From NCBI RefSeq assembly GCF_000829315.1, contig NZ_AP013028.1:750001-782000 (forward strand): 32,000 nucleotides of DNA, written 5' to 3'. The position numbers were made by a program, and so were the translations under genes. The notes under the pieces are model-generated. The model worked only from the letters and a program-made list of their open reading frames with translations. It searched no databases and was not told the origin of the DNA. Of the stretch, positions 9,834 to 19,445 are shown one piece after another. The stretch comes from Wolbachia endosymbiont of Cimex lectularius (lineage in GTDB: Bacteria > Pseudomonadota > Alphaproteobacteria > Rickettsiales > Anaplasmataceae). Numbering within the stretch: the stretch's first letter is position 1; each line of letters starts with the position of its first letter.

Positions 9834-12224
9834 AGGTGAATGACAATGATTATTATAACTTTCCTTACCGTTATCATATTCGTTGTCAATGCTCAAAGAT
9901 CTGGATAGTTTTCTCTTCTTTGGTGGAACATTATCAGGATCATTAAGAACATCTGCCGTTATTGTATATGCTTGATTGAGGTCAATTTGTTTACTGGCAA
10001 GTGGACGAATGTCTTTTTCCAGTGCTTCTGCTTGATTACGGAAAACTTCCCCTTCTTTCTTGTTTTGTAATTCGCCCTTCAGATTTTCAACTTCCTGAAC
10101 TTTATCTGCAATTATTTTTCTCAAATCATTAATCTCTATATCTTGTTCTTTTAATAATGTATGATACTTTTTGCGCGTTTCTCTCTCATTCTCTAGCTCG
10201 TTTTCCAACTCTTCAATTTCATGCTCTGACTTTCCTATTGCATATATATAAAACTCCTTTGCTTCTTGATTTTCTTGTTTTAATCTCTGCAGTTGAACAC
10301 ACAAGTCTTGCATAGTTTTATGATTTTCACTTATTACTAGTTCTGTGTCTTCATATGTTTGCTTTTCTGCTCTTTTTGATTTTTCCAGCTCATCCTTTAA
10401 CTTCCTGTTTTGTATGTCAACAAGTTTTAACTTTTCCTCTAGTTCTTTATTTTTCTCACAGAGCTTTTGAACTTTCTGCTCTTGCTCCTCATTAATTTGG
10501 ATTATCTTCTCACGTGTTTTGCCTATTTCTTTTTTGAGTTTCTGTTCCTCTTCTTTATACTCAGCTTGTAAACTATTATTCTCTTCCCCTAGTTTTTCAA
10601 TTTCTTGTCTGGCTTTTATAAGTTCCTGATTTGATTTTATTTGTTTTGCTGTACTATTGCTTAACCTATTACTTAATGCTTGCTTTTCTCCTTCCAATGA
10701 TAGTAACGCTTCTTCCAAACCTGATATCTTTTGCAAAAGCTGTTCTTTTTCTTTCTCTAGTCCCTTGTTAGAGCGTTCTAACTTGTCGTTCTCGTCCTCT
10801 AATTTATAATTTTTCTCTTTCAATTGATTTAGTTCTTCTTGCAATTTACTTATCAACTCTTCCTTTTCTGCATTAGCAACTTCCATCTTTTTCTTTTGGT
10901 CTTCCTTTTCTTCACGCACATTTTCAAGTTCTTGTGTTTTCTTCTGTAGATTTGCTGATGTATTTGCTAACTCTTTATTTTTTTGTTTTAATTCAACTTG
11001 CAATTTTGCATTTTTTTGCTCCTCCTTTCTAAATTCATTTTGTAAATCATTACTATACTTTTCTAACTCTACATTTTTTTGCTTCTCTTTTTCAAGCTCA
11101 CTCTGTAAGTCGCTGCTCCTTCCCTTCAACTTTTCAATCTCTTGCTTCATTGCTTCAATCTTCTCATTTAATTTCTCTACTTCTTTTCTAGATTCCTCAT
11201 GTATTTTATTCTTTTCTACTTGTAAATTTTCAATCTTTCTCTCTTGTACTTCAATTGCTTGCTTAGCTCGTTCGAGCTCACGTTGTAAATCATTCCTCTG
11301 CTTGTTTAACTCTTTAATTTCTTGCTGAGTTGCAACCTGCTGTAGATCAACCTCTGTTTGAGTTGATGCATCGCTATTAGTAGGAGAAATAGGGCTATTG
11401 TCAGCATTATTTTCTAAGCCTTGCCTATCTAATTCCTTGTCTTGATCGACCTTTATAGATTCATTATTTTGTAGGTTATTATTAGCAACTGGCACAACAT
11501 CGGGCAATGGTACATTTTTATTTCTTTCCAATAACGCTTTCACGGCATCATATAAAGAGAGGCGTTGAATGTATAACTCGCGGTTTTGCTCTATTAACCC
11601 TAGAACTTCATCTGACGCCGTAAAACTTCTACCATTAAATCCCAGTATTTCAGTGATGCCATCATTACTTACGTTCATAACCATGGTACAAGTTGAAACT
11701 ACCTTTCCGGACTCATCTTTTATAGGCCAAGTGCTTGTCATTTCGTAATACGCACCCTCTTTAAATTCATAATGTCTTTCCTTACCTTTTCGAACGGCAT
11801 GTATTTCATGTTTCTTATCGCAATATACATTCAATTCACTAATATTTTTTTCTTGCTGTAAAATATCACTGATTCTTATTGGTTCATTTCCATCATGGTT
11901 AGTAAGGTTAATGTTTAAAATTCTGTCAGCGTCATTAGTTTCTGTATAATAAGCCTGAAGCTCTATGTCTTTCCTTTCAAAATATTTACTTACAGCTTTT
12001 TTTGCCTGGTTTGCTAGTTCTATGTAGTGATCCAAGTCTTTCTGACAGCTTTCGTTGAAAGATTTGTCTATACACGCTTGCTTAAAATCCTCATCATTCA
12101 TTAAGTCTCTTAACAGATCGTAAAATTCCCATTCATCCTGACAATCTTTCCTTAAAACAGTAATGCTGTTTTTTTCCTTTAGCTCTGCTAATATTTCTTT
12201 CAACGTCAGAAAATTTGTTGGCAT
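9747..12224 (-). CDS. Large coiled-coil (SMC/myosin-like) protein, 825 aa, with distinct N-terminal domain
   Basis: Continuous 825-codon frame. Residues ~1-250 are mixed-composition; ~290-745 is near-continuous Glu/Lys/Leu/Gln coiled coil. No recognisable enzymatic motif. Confidence 0.85.
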   Translation of the reverse strand: MPTNFLTLKEILAELKEKNSITVLRKDCQDEWEFYDLLRDLMNDEDFKQACIDKSFNESCQKDLDHYIELANQAKKAVSKYFERKDIELQAYYTETNDADRILNINLTNHDGNEPIRISDILQQEKNISELNVYCDKKHEIHAVRKGKERHYEFKEGAYYEMTSTWPIKDESGKVVSTCTMVMNVSNDGITEILGFNGRSFTASDEVLGLIEQNRELYIQRLSLYDAVKALLERNKNVPLPDVVPVANNNLQNNESIKVDQDKELDRQGLENNADNSPISPTNSDASTQTEVDLQQVATQQEIKELNKQRNDLQRELERAKQAIEVQERKIENLQVEKNKIHEESRKEVEKLNEKIEAMKQEIEKLKGRSSDLQSELEKEKQKNVELEKYSNDLQNEFRKEEQKNAKLQVELKQKNKELANTSANLQKKTQELENVREEKEDQKKKMEVANAEKEELISKLQEELNQLKEKNYKLEDENDKLERSNKGLEKEKEQLLQKISGLEEALLSLEGEKQALSNRLSNSTAKQIKSNQELIKARQEIEKLGEENNSLQAEYKEEEQKLKKEIGKTREKIIQINEEQEQKVQKLCEKNKELEEKLKLVDIQNRKLKDELEKSKRAEKQTYEDTELVISENHKTMQDLCVQLQRLKQENQEAKEFYIYAIGKSEHEIEELENELENERETRKKYHTLLKEQDIEINDLRKIIADKVQEVENLKGELQNKKEGEVFRNQAEALEKDIRPLASKQIDLNQAYTITADVLNDPDNVPPKKRKLSRSLSIDNEYDNGKESYNNHCHSPLSFVSNPVQVNSAYTGQSKCSNYSSLYP

Positions 12225-12577
12225 AGTATACCTCCTTTACTATATCCCCCTGAGAATAGCTAGACTATTAAAGCTTTTTCTATATTAACTTTTGTGATTA
12301 AATTCCAGCTTGGCTCTTTCGCTTTTGTTACATACTGAACTTACCTTACTATATCTACAGTACTACTTTAATAATAGCATTATACCTTAAGTTATGCAAG
12401 AATTTTCTTGGATATAAGAACTGATATAGGGTGCTGTGGAAACACCCTTCAAAAAATTTGGATATCTATTGAGAACAGTTAAGATTTTTCATTCATTCTC
12501 AGATATCTAGCCACTTTTCAAATCACTTTTTCTTACTTTTTATATTTGAATTTCTAAAAAATAGAAGAATGTACATT

Positions 12578-13810
12578 TTATAGCACTCTGCTTCTCTCTT
12601 TGAAAGTATTGATCTTTTTCTTACTATATTTAGTTTTCAGTACACTTGGTCTTTTAAAGTTTTTTTTACTACTACGTTTTTTGAATTGCACGTTGGAGTC
12701 AAAATTTAACTCCCCTTTTTTGTCTGTAAGTGCAGGTAGCTTTCTCTTATCTTGAGGTGTAATGAAAGATAATGCGTATCCTTCAGCTCCAGCGCGTGCA
12801 GTCCTACCTATGCGATGAATGTAGTCAGCTTGCGATTGTGGTACATCATAATTGATAACGTGTTGTATGTGGGGAATATCAAGACCACGAGAAGCAACGT
12901 CCGTTGCAACCGTAATTTGATTGCGACCGCGACGAAAAGAATTGATGACTCTTTCGCGTTTGTGCTGTCTTAAGTCACCATGAATTGCTAAAGTGCTATA
13001 GTTATCTTCGCGCAATTTGTTAGCCAGCTGATCTGCTCCTTGCTTTGTTTTGACAAAAATAATGATTGATCCTTCACGCTGACATAGTTGTGTAACAAGT
13101 TTGCCATACTTTTCTGATTCTGATGCATAAATAATTTCTTGCTTGATTTTCGTAGAAGTTGTAGCTTCATGCTCAACAGAAACACGTTCTGGCTGACTGA
13201 GGTATTTCTCAGCAAGTTTAACTATATCACCAGGAAGAGTTGCAGAGAACATTAGAGTTTGCCGTGTTTTTGGCAGATATTTCATAATCTCTTCAATTTG
13301 AATTCCAAAACCCATATCGAACATACGGTCTGTTTCATCAAGCACAAGAGTGTTGATATTGTGAGTAATCAAAGTTTTACGTGCAATATGGTCTATAATA
13401 CGACCAGGAGTACCTATTACAATTCGCGGCTTTTTCCGAAGCTGATTTAGCTGCTTGAAGATAGGCTCACCACCAATTAGTAAGGCAATCTTTAACACGG
13501 AATTTTGAAATAAGAGTTTTCTTACCTCATTCGTTACCTGCTGTGCTAACTCTCGGGTTGGTACTATAACTAAGGCTGAACTAGCATTAGACTCATCTAA
13601 TAACTTAGCAACCAACGGAATAGCAAACGCCAAAGTTTTTCCAGTTCCTGTTTGAGCAGATCCGAGAATATCTTTACCTTGTAGAGCTAAAGGAATTGCC
13701 TGTGTTTGAATCGGAGTTGGAACAGAAAGATTGTGTTTGTCTAGAGCTCGCCTGAGCAAAACTGGAAGATTCATCTCCTGAAAGCTGCTCACAAAAACTT
13801 TTACCATCAA
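12578..13810 (-). CDS. DEAD-box ATP-dependent RNA helicase (RhlE-like)
   Basis: Q-motif PTPIQTQAIP, AQTGTGKT, PTRELAQQV, GTPGRIIDH, VLDETD (DETD variant of DEAD), SATLP, ATDVASRGLDIP, HRIGRTARAG; basic C terminus. Confidence 0.95.
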   Translation of the reverse strand: MMVKVFVSSFQEMNLPVLLRRALDKHNLSVPTPIQTQAIPLALQGKDILGSAQTGTGKTLAFAIPLVAKLLDESNASSALVIVPTRELAQQVTNEVRKLLFQNSVLKIALLIGGEPIFKQLNQLRKKPRIVIGTPGRIIDHIARKTLITHNINTLVLDETDRMFDMGFGIQIEEIMKYLPKTRQTLMFSATLPGDIVKLAEKYLSQPERVSVEHEATTSTKIKQEIIYASESEKYGKLVTQLCQREGSIIIFVKTKQGADQLANKLREDNYSTLAIHGDLRQHKRERVINSFRRGRNQITVATDVASRGLDIPHIQHVINYDVPQSQADYIHRIGRTARAGAEGYALSFITPQDKRKLPALTDKKGELNFDSNVQFKKRSSKKNFKRPSVLKTKYSKKKINTFKERSRVL

Positions 13811-13817
13811 AATACGA

Positions 13818-14072
13818 TTAGTCTTCTAGCAACTTTAAGTTTATTGCAGATTTTTTCTCTTCTCCATTTCTACCTAGCTCCTCTTTGAGCTCATAGCTTA
13901 CTCTTTCTCCTTTTATTCCCTTCTCCTTATTTTCTCCTCTGAGTGAATCAGGTCTTATTCCTGAACGCTCTAACGTACTGATATGTACGAAAACATCACT
14001 TCCTTTAGCCTCTGGCTTAATAAAACCATAACCTTTTTCGGCATTAAACCACTTTATGTTACCAAATTCCAT
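13818..14072 (-). CDS. Cold-shock domain protein (CspA family)
   Basis: GNIKWFNAEKGYGFIKPEAKGSDVFVHISTLERSG with RNP1 (KGYGFI) and RNP2 (VFVHI). Confidence 0.93.
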   Translation of the reverse strand: MEFGNIKWFNAEKGYGFIKPEAKGSDVFVHISTLERSGIRPDSLRGENKEKGIKGERVSYELKEELGRNGEEKKSAINLKLLED

Positions 14073-14246
14073 TTGAACAACTCCTAAAATTATTAACTAA
14101 CATTACTAATGTGATGAAAAACTTTGAAATTATAATTGGGAATGCCCGAAGCTTAGTCATTAAAACTAAACTTCCATACTCCATAGTCTATCCTAACATT
14201 ACACAGTCATGGTACACAATTATTGTACCTGATGCAACTAAATTTT

Positions 14247-15581
14247 CTAGTTGTTAAGCGAGCCTGCAACTGTCATTTCACTAACTTTAATCGTTGGTGA
14301 ATTAAATTGCCCACAAAAAGTTAAATCGTTTGCAACAACTAAGTTGCTAAACATGTCTTTTAAATTGCTAGCAACAGTAATCTCGTGTATTGGATACGTT
14401 ATTTTTCCATTCTCTATAAAAAATCCTGATGCGCCTTGACTGTAATCACCATTGATTAGATTAACACCAAAACCAAATAAATCAGTTATGTATATTCCCT
14501 CTTTCACTTCCTCAATTAATTCCTCAAATGATATATTGCTATTTTCAATATAAAGGTTACTAGCTGCAGGAGCAATTGCGGCATTACCTGCACGAGTTGC
14601 ATTTCCTGTTGTTTCCGAGTTTAATTTTTTAGCCGAATATAGATCTAAAATCCAATTTTGTAGTACTCCATTCTTTACAAGTACATTTTTCCTGCTGGTT
14701 ATTCCTTCTCCATCAAATGGTCTTGATTCTATACCCCTTGGCAATAATGGGTCATCAATAATGTTGATTCTATCGTTGAAAATCTGAGTATTTAAACTAT
14801 TTCTCAAGAAAGAGCTGTTACTTACAATGTTACTGCCATTTATAGCGGAAGCGAAACTTTTCACTAACTCTTTTGCTGCTCTTTTTTCAAAAATAACCGG
14901 AAATTTACCAGTTTTGATTGTGCGTGAATTCAATTGATCAATAGCTCTTTTTGCTGCCTCTTTTCCTATTAATTCTGGTGACTTTAAATCGCAGAAATTG
15001 CACGCTACATCGTAGTCATAGCCAACCTTCATTTCACTTTCTTCTCCAGCAACAACGGAAACTTGATTAACAAAGGTCGATTTGCTAAATGAGCCAATAA
15101 AACCAGAAACGGTAGATAATGCTGTGTTTACTAAGGTATGTGAAGAAGAGGCCCCTTCGGAGTTAATGATATTTTTATGTGCAAGAGCTGAATTTTCTGC
15201 GGCTTCAGCAATCCCTTTTAAATTATCAATAGTTACAACATTATTGTCTAAAATACCTAAGTCTGCAGAAGAGGTGTAATTATCTCCACCTATGGCAAAA
15301 TTAATGTAAGGATCTTCTGGTGCGTTCTTTGCCATTTCTACTACTTGATTGACCGTATTGCCAAGGTTGTTTAAATCGTTTGTAGAAATATACGCAACTT
15401 TGGTCTTGCCTGCTATAGCTCTAATTCCTATCGTGCAATTCTTAGATTGTGATATTTGTTCAATTTTTGATAGCCGCTGAGAAACCGAGATTTTGTTGGT
15501 TTCATATATTGTAACTTCTGCATCTTGGTTCTGCTTTTTTATTAGCTTGATGATATCTGCTGCAATATTTAGTATATTCAT
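14247..15581 (-). CDS. pmbA: TldD/PmbA family metalloprotease component (PmbA/TldE-like)
   Basis: QISQSKNCTIGIRAIAGKTKVAYISTNDL, GFIGSFSKSTFVNQVSVVAGEESEMKVGYDYD, FEKRAAKELVKSF, GNATRAG, C-terminal GFFIENGKITYPIHEITVASNLKDMF. Confidence 0.88.
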   Translation of the reverse strand: MNILNIAADIIKLIKKQNQDAEVTIYETNKISVSQRLSKIEQISQSKNCTIGIRAIAGKTKVAYISTNDLNNLGNTVNQVVEMAKNAPEDPYINFAIGGDNYTSSADLGILDNNVVTIDNLKGIAEAAENSALAHKNIINSEGASSSHTLVNTALSTVSGFIGSFSKSTFVNQVSVVAGEESEMKVGYDYDVACNFCDLKSPELIGKEAAKRAIDQLNSRTIKTGKFPVIFEKRAAKELVKSFASAINGSNIVSNSSFLRNSLNTQIFNDRINIIDDPLLPRGIESRPFDGEGITSRKNVLVKNGVLQNWILDLYSAKKLNSETTGNATRAGNAAIAPAASNLYIENSNISFEELIEEVKEGIYITDLFGFGVNLINGDYSQGASGFFIENGKITYPIHEITVASNLKDMFSNLVVANDLTFCGQFNSPTIKVSEMTVAGSLNN

Positions 15582-15599
15582 TTCTTACCCCTTAGGTTT

Positions 15600-16472
15600 C
15601 TATAAAGATTCTGCACCACTTATGACTTCGATCAAGTCAGTTGTAATTGCTGCTTGACGAGAACGATTATAAAGCAGTGCTAGCTTATTCAGCATCTCTT
15701 TAGTGTTTCTATTTGCTGATTCCATTGCAACCATTCTAGCACTATTTTCACTTGTTGCGCTTTCAAGTAAAGCAGAGTAAAGGGCAGTTGCAACGTAACT
15801 TTGAATCAAAGATCGTAAAATAAATTCAGTATTTTGTGGCTCATATTCACAGCTGTAATCTGCTGTTGGATCAGCCAAAGAGTTATCAATCAAGGATGAA
15901 TCTTTACTCCATGGTTTTATTGTTTCCAACGTTAGTTTTTGTGTGAAAGTATTATAAAACTTGTTATAGAAAACCTCAATTTTATTGTACTGATTGAGAT
16001 CCATACTATCAATCAAGGATTCTATATGCCTTAGCGTAATTCCCTTGCTATTTTCAATTTTTAAAATACTTTTAGAGTCAAACCTATTTTTACCTATATC
16101 AAAAGCCTTTTTACCCCAAAATACAATGTCTACCCTCCTGCCATTTGCGATTAATTTATTTACATGCTCTTGACTAAATTTGACAATGGAAGAATTAAAG
16201 TTGCCGCATAAGCCGCGATCAGATGCAATAATAAATACTAGGTGAGGATCGTCATCACTAGTGTTTAAAACTTTTGCCAGTAATTCTTGATCAACCGCTA
16301 ACACTAATGAAGAAACAATGCTATGCAGCTTAGATATATACAATTTTGAATTTGATAGCTTTTTTTGGCTCTGCAATAACTTCGCTGCAGAAACCATTTG
16401 CATTATTTTTGTAGTTTTCTGTACAGACCTAATATTCTTAATTCTTAAGGATAATTCCTTTAAGCTCTTCAT
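15600..16472 (-). CDS. atpG: ATP synthase F1 subunit gamma
   Basis: N-terminal [24 protein letters not shown], internal [17 protein letters not shown]-terminal [49 protein letters not shown]. Confidence 0.96.
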   Translation of the reverse strand: MKSLKELSLRIKNIRSVQKTTKIMQMVSAAKLLQSQKKLSNSKLYISKLHSIVSSLVLAVDQELLAKVLNTSDDDPHLVFIIASDRGLCGNFNSSIVKFSQEHVNKLIANGRRVDIVFWGKKAFDIGKNRFDSKSILKIENSKGITLRHIESLIDSMDLNQYNKIEVFYNKFYNTFTQKLTLETIKPWSKDSSLIDNSLADPTADYSCEYEPQNTEFILRSLIQSYVATALYSALLESATSENSARMVAMESANRNTKEMLNKLALLYNRSRQAAITTDLIEVISGAESL

Positions 16473-16716
16473 TCTATATACAACCCTGATTTATTAAAAT
16501 ATACAATTGTTCATATCAAAAAACAAATTCTTTTGATATGAAGAAGATATAATACCAACCTTTGTTATTGGGGGAGGCAAATAAAATATATCACAAATTC
16601 ACTCAAACCGGCCAACTGTGGGCAAAAGGAGCGTTTACAGAGTTCTTTCCTTCTCCATCTAATGCCTAACATTAGATGCTTTTGACAAGATACAAGACAA
16701 CAGTAGAGAAAATCTA

Positions 16717-17005
16717 CCCAATAGAAGCAAAAAACTACTTGACAAATTCCTCCAAACCCATTATCATAAGGTTGAAGTTATTATTTATCTTCAGTCTGTG
16801 CAGATTAAATGACAAAAAAACTTAGCATATTTGGCGTCTCATGTCTTTTTAAAACTTCTGGTTTTTTACCTACACAAGCTCAAACGCGCTTATAAGTCGT
16901 TTAAGACATCAAAAACGCCAATGTTATAAGATAGATAGTGAATAACTAGCTACTCGGGGTTTCTTTGCCTGTTTTTCTGCTTAGTGAATTTCTTAAATAT
17001 TTATA
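16717..17005 (+). repeat. Dispersed intergenic repeat, copy B (approximate limits)
   Basis: CAATAGAAGCAAAAAACTAC / TTGACA-17nt-TATCAT / GTGCAGATTAAATGACAAAAAAACTTAGCATATTTGGCGTCTCATG / TCTTTTTAAAACTTCTGGTTTTTTACCTACACAAGCTCAAACGCGCTTATAAGTCGTTTAAGACAT / ATAACTAGCTACTCGGGGTTTCTTTGCC. Confidence 0.85.
16739..16767 (+). promoter_or_regulatory. Candidate sigma70-type promoter in repeat copy B
   Basis: TTGACA 16739-16744, 17 nt spacer, TATCAT 16762-16767. Confidence 0.5.
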
Positions 17006-17025
17006 GCTAAAATAACACCGACAAC

Positions 17026-17073
17026 CGTCATTCCGCTACGCGTTAGCGGCTGAGGTACCGCAGCGGCATGACG
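17026..17073. repeat. GC-rich imperfect palindrome (Wolbachia/Rickettsiales-type palindromic element)
   Basis: Arms CGTCATTCCGCTACG (17026-17040) and CGCAGCGGCATGACG (17059-17073) are complementary at 13/15 positions. An alternative inner hairpin is CCGCT (17033-17037) with AGCGG (17045-17049). Confidence 0.75.
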
Positions 17074-17103
17074 TGCTTTCCTTGGTCAGCTATATGAGAA
17101 TGG

Positions 17104-17983
17104 TTAAATTAACTCTGGAATAGTGTGAATAATTACGTTGTCGTGCTCTGTTAGGTAAAACTCACTGTCTGTATCTGTTACCTGATATTCTTTATCAATT
17201 TCAGCGGAAGTATAAGAGTGGTATTTCGTTTCTTCATGGTAATTGCAATGCATAAATATGCTATTTTGATCAAAATAGCCAAATTCATCGATTAATGTAG
17301 CCATTTTTTTACCTTCTCCATTATGCGTTAACTCGAACACAGCAGCTGAGTATTTATCTGAATTTGGCTCAGCAGGTCCTTCTGTATGAAAAACGACGGC
17401 CGATGGCCAAATAACTCACTGAGATTGGGGTTATATTCTTTTTTCGCACAATTTAAACTTATGAACTTATATTCATCCGAAACATTTGAATACTGCGGGT
17501 CATATTTTTTATACTCAAAAACTCATTACCAAGTACATTACAAAAGGTCAATTTATAATCACCACTGCTAAAACCACTGCCAAATTTAATAACTTTTAAA
17601 TAATGGAAATCTCTGGGAATAGCCACCTCTTCTTTCGTAACATGATTATGCATGACAACTGATCATTGAGCATGTAGTAACCTATTTTTGGTAAGGTAGC
17701 CATGGTCTTGTTATTCGAAACAATATTTGCTTCATAGACATCGTCCAGTAATTTTTCTCCTTTTTACAAAGTAAAGTTCTGCTGTTCATTGTTTGCCTTT
17801 GTTAAGCTGGCTATTGTTGCTCTTAGAACCTGACTACCTGCTATAGCTTCTTGTAAATCTTCGTTACTTGCAACTTTAGTTACTAGCGTATTTCTATTAT
17901 CGTTACTCATTAGTTGGGCAGCTACAGCATTAGCTGATGGACTTTCTCCATCTTTACCAGGATCTCCTTTTATGCTATCCCTA
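17104..17983 (-). pseudogene. Degraded collagen-like (Gly-X-Y) protein gene, N-terminal side cut by IS copy 1
   Basis: Minus-strand translation from the IS edge: SIKGDPGKDGESPSANAVAAQLMSNDNRNTLVTKVASNEDLQEAIAGSQVLRATIASLTKANNEQQNFTL* then in frame KGEKLLDDVYEANIVSNNKTMATLPKIGYYMLNDQLS. Then fragments in other frames (AIPRDFHYLKVIKFGSGFSSGDYKLTFCNVLGNEFLSIKN; VFELTHNGEGKKMATLIDEFGYFDQNSIF...IPELI*). Confidence 0.65.
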
Positions 17984-18845
17984 AGAACCTGTTTAAAATC
18001 TTCGTAACAGGAGAGAAATGAAGGAGAGGACTATCATCTGTAAGCTAGTGTTGAGCTTCCGCTCGCAATTTTTCCACAATCGCCTGCACTTTTCTAACTA
18101 GGCAAAAGAGCGTTCAACAACCCATCTTTTTGGCAATACGACGAAAGTGTGTAACTCACTTCGCTTTATTACTTCAACAGTCGCACCAATGATAGCTTTT
18201 ATTTGTGTTGCAAAATTTTCTCCTGTGTAGCCAGCATCAACCAGTATGTTTTTAACTTCAGAGAGGTTTGCTTTAGCATTTTCGACCATTTTCACAGCAC
18301 TGCTACGGTCAGTTGCTTCTGCCGTTGTTACATAAATTGCATGTGGCAAACCTTGTGTATCAACTGCAATATGGCGCTTTATCCCTGAAATCTTTTTACC
18401 TGCATCATAGCCTTTTTTTTCAGCAGTATCTGCGTTTTTAACGCTTTGAGAATCAATTATACAAAAGCTAGTTTTCTCTTTCCGACCATTGCTGATACGG
18501 ACCTCTCCAACTAATTTTTTTTAAGACTAATTCCAACAAGCTTGGCTCTTCTCCATTCTTTTTACTCCACACTCGAAAATAGTAATATACGCTTTCCCAT
18601 CTTGGAAAACCCTTTGGTAACATCCTCCACTGACAACCACTTTTTAAGACGTACAACACCCCACAAAATACGTCATACAAATCAAGTTTTCTTGGTTTTG
18701 TTTTCTGCTTGCTACTCTCCAAAATTGGCCTGATTTTTTCAAACTGCTCTTGACTTATATTACTTGGATAACTTTTCTGCATAGACACCTCATTATTAAT
18801 CTATGCTTACTTTACCTCACATTTCCAAGATTTTAAACAGGTTCT
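17984..18845 (-). mobile_element. IS5-family insertion sequence, copy 1 (862 bp)
   Basis: Terminal inverted repeats AGAACCTGTTTAAAATCTT...AAGATTTTAAACAGGTTCT. Transposase N-part at 18468-18788. C-part contains a nonsense codon at 18098 (CTAGTTAG here versus CTGGTTAG in copies 2 and 3). Confidence 0.95.
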
Positions 18846-19310
18846 TAGAAGGAACCGCATAGATGTAGTAGAAGCTCTGTTAAGAGCAGAGGGAATCAAT
18901 ATTAATGAAGATGATTATTCTGGAAACACTCCTTTGCATTGGGCTGTCTATGGTGGCAATTTAGATATAGTAAAAGCTCTGTTAGATAAGGGAGCAAGTA
19001 TTAATGTAGTAAATGGGATGGCGATACTCCTCTAGATTTAACTACTAACGAAGAAATAAAAGCTCTATTACAAAAAGAATCTATCACATCTACAACAGAA
19101 GAACAAACAAGCACTTTTTTTGACAGTTTTTTTAGTATACTTATAAAGCCTATTTCATTAATGGTATTATTTTCTTGTGGTTTAATATCATGGTTGCTTT
19201 GGTCTCACATAAAAAAAACTGAAGGAAATGCAGAACAATCTTGTGATCCATTAGTTGGACTAAATGATAGTGATTATAACGACCAAAATGATCTACATCT
19301 CTTCCAATAA
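18846..19310 (+). pseudogene. Ankyrin repeat protein, C-terminal remnant with frameshift
   Basis: RRNRIDVVEALLRAEGININEDDYSGNTPLHWAVYGGNLDIVKALLDKGASINVVNG, frameshift at about 19015-19025, then DGDTPLDLTTNEEIKALLQKESI...ISLMVLFSCGLISWLLWSHIKK...DLHLFQ*. No start codon; it begins at the IS edge. Confidence 0.8.
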
Positions 19311-19445
19311 ATTTAGTAACATATAGTGTTAATTCCAATTACACAAAGAGCAGATATGCCACTTTACACCGCTGTTTTACTTGCTTCAGTAAGGGCTTTT
19401 TCTTCAGATCTGTTCTCTGAGCAACGGTAGATAAAGTTGTGTGTT

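Noticed and set aside
10000-11400. Possible SMC/MukB ATPase
   Set aside because: The protein is coiled coil, but I see no Walker A, Walker B or ABC signature; the similarity is compositional only.
12421-12450. Hairpin GGGTG-CTGTGGAAA-CACCC as a terminator for the helicase or coiled-coil gene
   Set aside because: The stem is only 5 bp and there is no clear T tract on either strand. Its position does not follow a gene 3' end, so it was not called.
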